Shown here: positions 39,205-51,905 of the stretch, piece after piece | Position numbering within the stretch: position 1 is the stretch's first letter | Layout of the letters: every line of letters begins with the position of its first letter | Assembly (NCBI GenBank): GCA_023231475.1 | Contig: JALJEE010000392.1 | Coordinates: forward strand, 1-58,595 | Direction: 5' to 3' | DNA from: Seison nebaliae | Taxonomy: Eukaryota | Length of the DNA stretch: 58,595 nt | The notes under the pieces: model-generated | Told to the model about the DNA's origin: nothing | Database searches by the model: none | The model's input: the letters and a program-made list of their open reading frames with translations, nothing else | Position numbers and translations under genes: made by a program

Positions 39205-39754
39205 CATATTTTTATAGAATTTGTGATAATATGCCATCATCGTTTATCTTTCTGAATATTTATTTTAAATATCTCTTAATACAAGTTCCATTATCATTAT
39301 CATCATCATTATCTCTATACCGTTTCTTGTTTAAACTAATTTCTTATCATCCAAGTTTATTTTTTCCGTTTTCTCTTTTTCTTGGTCCATTGCCGAATCT
39401 AAATATGAAGTTGCATAAAAAAGTTTTTGTTTCAAAGTTACATGTCCATTTTTCAATTCTCATAATCACAATATTTCATTTATATTTTTCATATTATTTA
39501 GATCGTATTCTTTCTTAGAACATTACAATGAATTATTTCCTGTTTAACAGAATAACTAGTTTTTTTGTAAAGAATAATAAAAAAATGAAAATCGAACTGA
39601 ACATCTTTTTAACGACTTGAAGAGAAAGTGCAATATGAATGCTAATAAAAAGGAAGAATTACGTGCTCATAAAATTGAAAAAAATTTGCTTACAATTGTT
39701 ACTTTGTTAGATATTTAAAAGGGAATCGTTCATCATCTAACGATTACTTGAATC

Positions 39755-40760
39755 ATGAAAAGTGAAATAGTTAAGAATTTCTTATTTTATCTCTTACAAT
39801 TTCTCATAATATTTCATTTTAACGGTTCGTTTATTTATTAATTAATTATATTGATTGATCTTTCGAATATTTGGAATATTTAAAGGAATATTATGTGAAG
39901 AAGGTATAAATTTTTCCACTTTGTCTGATGGAGTTGACAAGATGATGGATTTCGGTGACGGAATAAAATTGACCAGTGAACAACCGATAACTGACAAAGA
40001 TGAAATGTCAATGAAAGAATTGACTAAAATGTTAGGTGGTGAAGATACGGAGAGTGAAGTAAAAGACAGTATCAAACAAATGGAAGAATTAGACGGGGAA
40101 TCTATTCAACAAGAAGATTTCCATCCAAATGATGAAATCAGTGATTTTGCATCAAATGTTTTAAGAAAGAATTATAATCGACAAAATCGTATTAACGAAG
40201 ATATAATGAATCAATTAAGTGGGAAGAAAAAGTTGATGAAAAAACCGAAAAAACTTCAACAGAAACAGAAAAAACCAGAACCGAAAAAAAAAGAGGAATT
40301 AAAAGAAGAAAAAATTGTTGAGGAAACTGTTCCGGTTCCGGAAAAACCTGTAATTAAACAGCCTTATAGGAAACCAAAAAAATTCCGTTACCGAAAGAAA
40401 GGTGGTCGTTTACGAAAGAAAGGTCGACGATTTCATAGAAAGAATCGTAAAGGAAGAAAACATCGAAAACATTATAGGAATCTTAGAAAGCAAAAGAAGA
40501 ACATTCATAATGGTTTGAAAAGGTCAATGAGACATTCGAAATCTGTCCAGAAAAAACACGAACCAACTATCATCCAATTGAAAGGGCATGGTCATCAAAA
40601 ACATCGATTATTTAAAAAGTTCCATAATGTGCGAGTGAAGGAAGTGAAACCGAAACAAACAATGAAAAAAATTCATAATATCATACCATTTCAATATGTC
40701 AAATCTTCTAAAAGGCACAAAATTGGCGGACGGAAATCTAGACGACGAACTTTATATTAG
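39755..40760 (+). CDS. Orphan secreted protein with acidic N-half and Lys/Arg/His-rich C-half; exons 39755-39824, 39886-40760 (314 aa)
   Basis: Exon 1 supplies the signal-like MKSEIVKNFLFYLLQFLIIFHFNG-ILC. A 61-nt GTTCGT..AAG intron joins it in frame to ORF 39855..40760. Confidence 0.75.
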
Positions 40761-41964
40761 AGATTTAATAATCGTTGATAGTCAAAAATTGGATTTAAGA
40801 GTTTATACAAACTACTAATGTTTAAGTTGAAAGAATTCAATCTTTATTCCATCTTCAATTTCCATTCATTTACTTCATGCAATTTCTTCTTTATTTCCCC
40901 TTATTGTGAACTTTCTTTCCTTATCTGTTAGTAATCATTCTAATTATATGAACGAAATGAAAACGAATTCTTTAAAATTAATTCAAACATCTATTTCTCC
41001 ATCTATTATTTAACAAGAATGAAGAATATTTTAAGTTGAAATAAGTTTAAATGAGAAGAAAATTAATGTCGAAACTAATTCTTACAGCATGTTATTCACA
41101 AATTTGCTCATAATACTTAATTATTAATATGGAATATCTCGAATTAATTTCTGTAAATAATAATATTATTATTATTATTATTATTTGGAATATTCGAATT
41201 ATGACCATTTTGAAATATGTCAAGTACAGAAATATTGATGAAATATTATTTCGATCTAGTTCGACATTTTAAATTCATCTTAACATAAAAATGTGAAAAA
41301 TAAAGAAGAACAATCTATGGAAATGTTTTATATTGAATATTTTATCAAGATAATAATAAATATGTCTTAAGACTCATAATAATTATTTAATTTTTATAAG
41401 TGGCAACAAAGTCGAACAACATCTCTAGGTCTTTTTTATTTCTGATCCAAATTTCTGTGTCAAATTTCGAACATGAATCCTCAAATAATGTATATTTCGG
41501 TTGGACGAATAAAGAGAAAAGAAGGAAATGTGTACAACAGAAACATGGCTAATGATTACCTTTATAATTATTAATCATTTATTTGAGAAACGTAATAAAA
41601 GGAATGTTATGTTCCGGAAACGATTGACGTTGAACTATTTCAAACTATAGTTACTTCCAACCATAGTTACCAGAAGATGGAAAGCATGCTTCTATGGTGA
41701 TTGAACTATGTACATTAGCGAAGGGAACCAATTGGGTTCTGAGAACAATATTAGCCCTATTCTCATACAAATGTTGAGCTGAACTGTATGTTTATCTAAT
41801 TGTTAATGAAATATTTGGAGATTTCACTATTTGGAATTGGAAAAGTTCTTATTTATTTTTAAAGCAATTTAATTTTAATTACATTCCTTCTCCAGGTTTT
41901 TTGGTGGTAACGGGTGAAAGTAGAGAATTTGTTTATTTTAAATATTTGAATTAGGTGAAAGTCA

Positions 41965-43142
41965 ATGTCAAGTCTAAATGGGAAGGGCAGTGACATTTCA
42001 ATCGAATATAGTGATCTGGATCGATGGATTGAACAGTTGAAGAATTGTGTTCATCTCAAATCGGATGAAGTGAAATTATTATGTTTGAAAGTTTAAAAGA
42101 AAGAAATTTCTTTTCATTTTATTTAATATTTAATTTTACAAGGCAAAAGAAATTTTATCGAAAGAACCGAATGTTCAATTAGTTCGTTGTCCAGTTACGG
42201 TTTGTGGTGATGTTCATGGTCAATTTTATGATTTGATGGAACTCTTCCGAATGGGAGGAGATGCGCCACAAACCAATTATTTATTTATGGGCGATTATGT
42301 CGATCGTGGATATTATAGTGTGGAGACGGTGTCATTATTGGTTTGTTTGAAAGTGAGATATCCACAACGAATTACGATATTGAGAGGTAACCATGAATCT
42401 CGACAGATCACTCAAGTCTACGGATTTTATGATGAATGTGTGAGGAAGTATAGTAATACGAATGTCTGGAAATATTTCACAGACTTGTTCGATTATTTTC
42501 CATTAGTTGCAATCATCGAAGATACGATATTTTGTCTTCATGGTGGTCTCTCGCCATCAATCAATACTATTGATACAATCAAAGATCTCGAACGAATCAA
42601 AGAAGTTCCACATGAAGTTCATTTTTTACTCTTTCTTTCTCTCTCTCTCTTTTAACATATTCCATCTAATATTTGACAGGGAGCAATGTGTGATTTATTA
42701 TGGTCGGATCCGGATGATCGTTGTGGATGGGGAAGTTCACAACGTGGTGCTGGATACACGTTTGGAGAAGATGTGTCAGCTGCATTTAATTATCAGAATG
42801 GATTAACAACTATTGCTCGTGCTCATCAATTAGTCATGGATGTTCGATCTCATTTAATTTCTTATCATTTCTTATCATTTCTTTTAAAGGGATATGCATG
42901 GACTCATAAAGAGAATGTCGTAACTGTTTTCAGTGCACCCAATTATTGTTATAGATGTGCGAATCAGGTTAATTATAATTATAATAATAATTGTTACATG
43001 TAAAAATTTAAATTTAAATATTTTAAATTAGGCTGCAATCATGGAATTGGATGAATGTCTTCATTATAATTTCGTCAATTTCGATCCTGCTGAAAGAACG
43101 AAGAAGGTGGAAGTTCAACGGAAACCTGATTATTTCCTTTAG
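41965..43142 (+). CDS. PPP2CA: Protein phosphatase 2A catalytic subunit; exons 41965-42090, 42143-42616, 42680-42841, 42890-42967, 43032-43142 (316 aa)
   Basis: [60 protein letters not shown] and C-terminal PDYFL. Confidence 0.95.
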
Positions 43143-43651
43143 TCTTTATTATTCTTCTTTTTATGATATTTATTATCATCTTTATTTTTATTTTGTCAAC
43201 TTGTTTTTCTTGCTCTCATTTACCATTTTTGAGCTTGACTACTGATGAATTTGTGAGAATTATTTTTGAACTCATTTGTATTACACGGATAAAAATTTCG
43301 ATTTTTTTTTCAATTATTTCATTGTACTTTCACAAAAACATGAAACCTCACAAACATTTCAGAAAACTCCTCCTCCTTCTCCATTCCTTTCTATTCCAAA
43401 TCATCACTCGACAATGAACAATTCGTTCTTATTTTAAAATTTTCATTGTACTTCATTTAATTGAAACTTTTATAAAAGATTTAAATTAAAAATTTCCCTT
43501 TTTTCATCCTCAAAGAGAGTAATGAAGAAAGTGATGAAAACGAAAGAAAACTGATTTAATTATTTTAACACTAAACGAAAAATGAAAGTTTAAATTCTCT
43601 TAATTTTATAAAGAAATTTGACTCATTAAATTCTTAATTTGTCCCTCCTTC

Positions 43652-46547
43652 TTAACCGTCTACATTATCCAAATCGTTGTACGACGGAATCGGTTTACGA
43701 TGACCACCACCATCATGTGAGAATGTCCTTCTACTTCGACTATTCATATTGCGACCAGGAATAAACATTCGAGGACCGGCTAAATACGAGAAAATAAATA
43801 ATTATAAAAAAATATAGATAATATTGAACTTTGTCGATTGAAATAATGTGGCATACCAGCTGGATTCATCACTCCCATATTATTCATTATTCCCATTTCA
43901 TTATTATGAGGTTGGGATGGTGTCGGATACATCGGCCTGTTCTTGTCATACAAATAATTGTTGAAGAATAGAACCTTAAAGAGAGTAATTGAAATTTAAA
44001 GAAAATGGAAAATTGGGATGAACTTCATTTCGGACATCATCGATCTTATCCGAATGTTTATTATAAATGTGTTTCTGAACGAATTCTTTCGCTAAATTTT
44101 ATAATTAAAAGAATAATTTTTTTATTAATTATAATTCAGATATATTATAAGAATAAAACCTTTAAATTTCTTTCCACTCAATTGACATTCATAACGATCC
44201 TCCTTCAATTTAATTGTATGTTGCTCGATCATTTTATCAATTTCATCTTGCTCGTTCTTCAAACCAAATTCTTTGATAATCAAAAAATTTTTTAATTTTA
44301 ATTAAATATTGAAGAAAAAACGAACCAAGTGCTTCATCTTCGCACAATTTCCTTTGGAATGATTGTAGCTGTTTAATTTTCTTATAGAATTGCGTCAGAT
44401 AATTAGTGACATCTAAAAATATATCAATAACAAAATTAAAAATAATTATAAAAAAAAAAATTAAAAATTTAATAACCTTCTTTAGTTGCAATATTGTCAA
44501 TTCCTGGTGGTTTAGGATTCATATTTCTCAGATGCATAATAGAACAACGATGTGGCATCATATCTTCATTTGTGTATTTGGTGGCATCATAAAAATTGAT
44601 AGAATGGACAAATCGAATATATAAAATCAATTTATCTAGAACAACATTCAATTTATCATCGATTTCAAATTGAGTGTCATTAATGAAATTCTTATACTCC
44701 TTCAACCAATTATCTTCATTTGTCTCATTGTTATTCAATTCGTCATCATCTTCATCTTCGTCATTTAATTGATTTATTTCTGTCGCTTCCGCATTCACTT
44801 CTTCCACTAAATATTGTTCAATATTTCTCAGAAATGGATTGGGTTCAATTCTTGATTTTTTCTTCTCAATACTCTTATCCGTTCCTTCATCGGAATCGTA
44901 CCGTTGTTCTTCTGATGATGTCGCTTCATCCATTTGATCATCCTCATTCTGACTATCCCACAAATTATATTGACGATCATAATTTTTAATTAATGTCACA
45001 ATGATTTTTAGATGCATTTTCACTATAAATCGATGAGAAGATAAATAATTCTCAAATTTAATTCTTGAATTTCCATATCCACGATTAACCATCGCACCAA
45101 TCATATAACCACCAACTTTCTCTTGTTCCATCTTATAACAATATTGGAGTACTTCTGAATTATTCGAATAAGTTGCCCATCCTCGTTTCGTTAAATTCTT
45201 TCCAGTTGGATCTGCAATAAATATTCGAAGGAATCCTTTATATTTCTCACATGCTTCTTCCAATTGATTATTCTCTAATTTTTCTGGGATTTTTCTGAAA
45301 AAAATCGATCGCGTCTTATGGAGAGATCGTGGCTCGTTAATAAGATTTCCATCCGAATCAATAACCGGTTCTTCTTTCTCACACAATTTGGAGATAGTGT
45401 CTTCAATCAAAATTTTCACTTCAATCTTTTCCAATTCTCCATTCTCTTCTTCGTCAATATCATCCTCCAATTCACCTTCTTCCTCCAATTTATTATCATC
45501 GCCATTCTCATTCGCATCAGGAGATTCGGATTCTTCTTCTGTCATTTTTCTTTTCTTCATCGCATCAGATGTGGGAGCAGATCGTTTCTTACAATTCCTC
45601 TTCTCAATTATCTCTAATTTGCCCAAACTCTTCAAATCGAATTTCATTCCACCCTCGAGAAATATTAAGAAAGCATCCATCAATCTTTCTAATTTTTTCG
45701 AATTTGAACAATTGTCGTTTTCTGTCAAAGAAAATTGATCGAACAATTTCAATTTGTCCATTTTTAAAAAGATTTCAAATCGCCGTTTTACTCGACTCGT
45801 TATGTTCTCTTCATATTTCGCATGGAAATTTGGATGATATTTCAATTTGAACCTAAAAAATTTTGAAAAAATTTAATTTGAAAATTATTTTTAAAAATAA
45901 TTGAACCATTCCTCTTTATTATGTTCCACGAAATATTTAGCTAACAAAGATTTCTTATGTTCCTGTACGTATTTGTTGTATTCGTCCTTCACATTCTGAT
46001 CGTTTATCGGATCCATCGAATGTAATTCATTCTTTCTACGTTTGGCTGATACGAATTCGAGGAAAGCTAAACATCTTGATGGATTCTCTTCGTACATTGG
46101 TACTTCGATGGGAGTCATTGCACGTGGTGCCATCGGAACATCGCCCATGACCATTGGATCATTCATCATATAATGTGGTTGTGCATGTGGTGGATAATGG
46201 GGCGGCATCTGACCAAATGAATCTACTGGACGATTGTGACTTGAAAGAAAATGAAAGAAAATTATCATAAAGAAATATAACTGCATATTATTCATGGGAT
46301 TATGATATGAATGATTTCGAGAATTCCCATTTGGACCTCCCATGCCACCGCCACTACCGCCACTACCGCCAAACATTTGGTCTCTACGACCGGGAAAACG
46401 TCGATTCGTTCGTCTACAATTTTGACGATTATGATCTCGCAGTTCATCTTGCTGCATTTCATTGCCATGATCATCAGTACCTTCACGACGAAATCGATCC
46501 ACTCGATCCGGAGGCGGACTTCCTGGTTCATTGTCCCAACTAGACAT
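43652..46547 (-). CDS. SRRT: Serrate RNA effector / ARS2; exons 46547-46282, 46239-45907, 45852-44477, 44412-44326, 44270-44160, 44091-44024, 43974-43830, 43779-43652 (837 aa)
   Basis: DRFRRE, EEWFKLKYHP, PRSLHKTRSIFFR (RRM), LDKLILYIRFVHSINFY, MPHRCSIMHLR, CQLSGKKFKAKEFVQKHIYNKH and C-terminal YNDLD. Confidence 0.95.
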
Positions 46548-46569
46548 TACCTTCAAACGAGAAAGAAAG

Positions 46570-46593
46570 ACAGAGAGAGAGAGAGAGAGAGAT
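46570..46593. repeat. (GA)n microsatellite just upstream of the SRRT start
   Basis: cagagagaga gagagagaga ga. Confidence 0.85.
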
Positions 46594-47396
46594 ACTAGAA
46601 GAATTGGAATTTTGATGAAGAAAAATAACGATAAATTTATTGCGAGAACTATTCAACGGTTCAATCTCCTGAGAAGTGGCTTATGAAAAATGCGATATAA
46701 CTGGTCAAACTAAATATCCTATTCATTAACATCATTAAGATTATTTAAGAAAAAATTGATTTGAAACGAACTTTATAATTTTATTTAAAGTGAAATCGTA
46801 CAGAATATGTTCTATTTAGAATGAATATGAATTGTCAATCATGGACGTATAACTGTTTGAAAAGTTGTTTTATTTCATTCCATTTCATGGAACGATATTC
46901 CAATTCGTTTAAAATGTTAAGCTTTACCTCCAAATTCCATTTTCAGTAAGTTAGCTCTTTCTTATTGTAATATTTTAGCTCTTATTCGAAAAATGCAAGA
47001 ACTTCTCAATTTCCCTCAATCGTTCACCAAATTCTATTTCTTTCACGAAGAGAAAAAACATATTTTCTGTTCATTCTTCTTCTGTACATTGAACTGTCAA
47101 TTAATCTCTTTCAAACGTTAGTTGAGTTACTTTATCTTTTCATTATGAATTAGATATCTTCTTTTATTTTCTTTCGTAGGGTTATTGATGATAATGTGGA
47201 ATTATAATTTCTCTAAAAAATTTAAATCTTAAAATCATTTTTTCAAAAGATCTGAAATGTGTACTAATAGAAAAATGAATGTGAACAATTAGTTTTAATT
47301 AAAAAAAAGAAGATAATCGAGGTATTTACTGTTAAAAGAAGAAATCATAATTTAGTTGTTCGAAAAGGAAATAGTGTGATCATTAAGGGAAAACAA

Positions 47397-50300
47397 TTAT
47401 ACGGCAACAGGCGAATAAAAATTGAAATTATTCGCTTCCTGTTCTTTCGGTATTTGATTAAAATTAGCTTTCGTTTCAGCATAACAGTTTTCGTTTTCTT
47501 TGTAATTTCTGGAAATTAGTGATTGAGTCATCATTTGATTGTGTGGAATTTGTTTATATTGATTTCCGTCATATGATGATTGATACGGATCGATGTCATT
47601 TTGCTGATTATATGATTGATAAGTTGAATGTTCTTTATGTTTTTCGAAATCGGAATTATTCTTATAACATTGAGCGACTGCTATCGGTTGTGGCTGATTT
47701 TGATGGTGATTCGATTGATTCATTGAATATGATCGTTTAATTCCAAAACTCTTTCGATTGTCGATGTTGTATATCAAATTACCATTCACCTTCTGGTCGT
47801 TCATTGAGAATTGATGTTGAGTTTGAACTGTGCTCATTGGTATTCGATCTGTATAAACAGAATTATTCATCACCTGATAATTGTCATTACAATATTCATA
47901 ATTTATTCGATTTCTTTCATTCGACATTTGACATTTCTCAATCGAAGGAACATAATGCTCATCCAATTGATGATTTGGATGAACTCGAACGGAATTATGA
48001 CGTTTACGTTGGGAGAGTTTGGGAATATATTCTGCATAAATTTGTTTTTGTTGACTCGTAATTGAATTTTGTTGTTGTTGTTGTGATTTGTGGAGAGATG
48101 GATATTCAGAAGTACAATTACTTTGATCATAGTTTCCATTATTAAAATCTTGACAATCATAAAGTTGTCCTTCTTGTGTAACAGGAAGATATTGTACGTC
48201 ACGTCCACTTTTTGGTGAGAAAGGAACAGCATAATCCAAATCGGAAGGATTCGTTGGAAAATGATAATATACAGATCCATTTTCAGGTTGCACGAGAGTA
48301 GCAAACTTTTGATTTTTTGAGGAATTTTGATGATTCGCATTATTGTTCGTCTTTCCATTATTCAAATAATTTCTTAATTGTGATTCATCATAACTTTTGC
48401 CCATCGGCGAAATATTCGTCTCGTAGATCGAATTGTGATAGTTGTACTGATTTCCGTGACGATGATGTTGTTGTTCGATAATCGGTTCTTGATACATTTG
48501 TTGATGTTGATGAGAGTAGAATTTATGCTCATCTAAACTCATTCCATTCAACGAGTTAATTTGAGAGATATTGTTCGTTGGTTTAATGTTATTATATTTC
48601 ATTTCGTTAGCTACTGTCGAATTCATCATTTGAAATAAATAATGATTCTTTTGACTTCCATTTGATGAGGAATTATTGCTACTACTATAATCCGAATGAT
48701 TTCCACTATCAGTTGCATAAACAGATCCTTTTTCTGAAGGAATTGTTGTTCGTAAACGAATTTCCCCATTAATCTTCTTCGGTCGATATGTATCGATCGA
48801 ATTATCAGTTCTATATAAACTATTCGTACGTATCGGTTTAATATGATTTGGTAATTGAGATGATGATGATGTTGGTCGATTCTCTAACATCGGACTATTC
48901 TTTACTTTAAACGTATGCATTCCATTTTCAACGAAATCCCGTTGTAATTGTTTAATACCGATTGATAATTTCTTTTGGTGTCCTATGGAAAGAATTTAAA
49001 AAAAAGTTTGAAAAATATTATGATTATGATAAATATGATAAATATGATAATAAAACCAATTAAATTAATATTCATTTCTTGAATATCTTCAATGTTCAAA
49101 TTACAGATTTGTCTCAATTCATTTATTCGACATATCGACTTCAATTTCTTTTCATAACTGACAGGTAAGTTGAGTGATAATAACCAATCTTTTATTGTCA
49201 ACGCATTCAATAAATCACTAATCGTTGTTAATTTTACAGTAGCTAAATCATTTTCATCATAAATCTTCCAAATTATTCGTGATCGTTTCTCACACAAGAG
49301 AAGATTGAGATTACGAAAACATTTCAACAGTAACTTACGTACCATCGGTTGCGTTAAGCCGATATGAGTTAAATCCTAAAAAATTGAAATTAAATAAATG
49401 TAAAATAAATGAATATATAACTTCATCATTAATCTTGGCAGCTGAATAGATATCAAATCCTTGATCAATGAACAAAGAATAAATATCATGATTGGCACCC
49501 AATTCAAATAAGAAATAAGCCAAAGCGGTTGTGGGATGTAGTGAACCTTCGGCGAGAAAACTCCAAACTTTTTGGAAAGTTGTCCGTACGGCAATAAAAA
49601 ATTCCTTATTCGATATCTCAACATTTCCATCAGATGTTGTAGGAGAATTTTTTTCTGAAATATTTACAGTCTTTTTTTTATCTTCTTGCTCGTGTAATTT
49701 GTTTAGTCGGAGATGTTGTTCCTTAATATTTTTGAATGATATCTTTTGCAATTTATCATTAGATCCATGAGAAATATTTTCATTTTGTTTGAGATTACTC
49801 GGTCGTTTTTCTGAAACAGTTCTCGAAATTTTTACGGTTTTTTCTAATTTGTTTCTTGAGAAATTTTTAGGATCAAAACTATTGGAAAGTGTAGTCGATT
49901 TGAGTTTATCTATTTGGTTATTGGCAAATCTTTTCTTTAAAGAAAATTTTCGTAACGGTGTCGATTTGCGATGAATGTTTGATGAAGTTTTTTGTGGTCG
50001 ACTTAAGTCAATTTCAAGATCGAAAAACGTAATCTTTCTATCATTCTTCATATTCTTATTCTTTTTTAAAGAGAATGAAGATGATAATGTATGAGCGATG
50101 GATGAGGTAGTGGTTGGTATTGATGATTCTCTATTTGATTGATTCAGATGGCTTTCTAATGATTTATTGTTCGATTGAATTGCCTTGACTTCCGTAAGAC
50201 GATTGATTGTTTGAAGAGCTCGATCACACTTTTCTTTTTTATTATTTCCTATTTCTAATGATAATGTGGGAATTGATTCATCAAATGTTTCTATTGATTT

Positions 50301-51905
50301 ATCATCATTATAAATATTATTCTCATCATTATCATTATCACCATTTCCATTATTATTATTATTATTATTATTATTGTTGTTGTTGTCGTTATTTGAACTA
50401 TGTTTTATTTGATTAGAATTAATTTCGTCGTTGGGAGAAATTGGACAATTATTAAACGTTGTACTCTCATTGGCTTTACTACAATTGAAAATTTTCAATT
50501 TGTGGAAATCGAAATTTAATGTCAAATTATCGCACGGTAATGTTCGTAATCTCAATTCGGCTAGATGATTCTTTTCTCGTTTGACAACATCACTTTTCGT
50601 CCGTAGAATTTTATGTTTGATGAAATCTTTCTTACTCACATTTCCCATTGTATTCGAGTAATTCTTCTTAATCGTTTCTACATTCGACATGTTCGTTGGA
50701 TTATGATAACTCGATGAGGTTAAAATACTTCCAGTATTTAATGATAAATCAAATGGCGTATCATTTTTATCATCGATGAATTTGTGGTTATCGTAATCGG
50801 ATAAATTACTTTTGGATTCGAGTGAGAAATTATCGGTAAAGAATTGTACGGATTTCTTTGGTTCCAATGAAATTGATCTACGAAGTTTCACGATCGACGA
50901 AATCGTTTTCGAAAAGTCATTACACTTTCTCCTCTTCTCTATGGGGACTGTGGAGGATGTTGATTGAGATGTCAATGAGAATGATGGATCTGTAGAAGTG
51001 ATTGTTCCAATGGCATCATCTGATGTAAAGTGAACGGATGAAGACGTAAATGGATGTTTGAGATTGTTCTTTATAGAATTGGAATTGTTGGTTGGATGGA
51101 AAGAGTGATTGTTGTTTGAAGAATTTTTCAAGTAAACTTTCTTCTTCCTAATTGAACTTCTGTCTTCTTCCAAACTTTCTTCATCGATTGCTAAATGTGT
51201 TAGCGAAGTTGTCGACCACGATGAATAGGTTGATGGCGAACGAATACTTGATGATATTGATTGACGTTTATCGTCAACTAATAAGGAAGTGAGATAAAGT
51301 GCGATTAATGCATCTCGTTTTTCATTACTATCCCCGTTCTTTAATTGCCGTTGATTATTTATGTCTTTCTCATTTGTTGTGGGATAACCGCAGAATTCCG
51401 ACACTGAAGCAATCGGAGCCTTCCAATATGATTTATTTATTTCTTTCTTTTCTTTATTGATAATCTCTTCACAGTTATCATTTAATTTCTCTTCAGTTGT
51501 TGAACTAATAATATTATAATCGATAAGTGAAGAATTTAATTCGTTTTTATCGACCTTCTCATTCAAGTACTGCTCCTCCACCTCCTCACCGTCGTTAATA
51601 CATTCCAAATAATTTGTACTGATATTATTGTTATTAGCAATAATGTTGTTGGTGGTAGTGGTGGTGGTTGTGATGTCGTTGGTGGTTTTATTTAATTCGG
51701 TCGTCTCATTGACATTGGTGACTGGAAAAGCAATGAAATCATTTGTCGATTCTTCTTTATTCTTTTTATTCTTTTCACATCTAATATCGTTTTCTTTTAT
51801 GTTCCACATTAAATTATTGGAGTTCTTCTTCGAATCGTTCACATCATTCGAATGTTTCCATAAATTGCGGAATAAATGATGAATACCATTCACTTTCTTC
51901 CACAT
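47397..51905 (-). CDS. Large tandem-SAM scaffold, Caskin-type; exons 51905-49422, 49375-49057, 48982-47397 (1462 aa)
   Basis: Spliced SAM1 FIDQGFDIYSAAKINDEDLTHIGLTQPMVRKLL and SAM2 NLNIEDIQEMNINLIGHQKKLSIGIKQL resemble Caskin SAM1/SAM2. The rest is low complexity. Confidence 0.75.
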
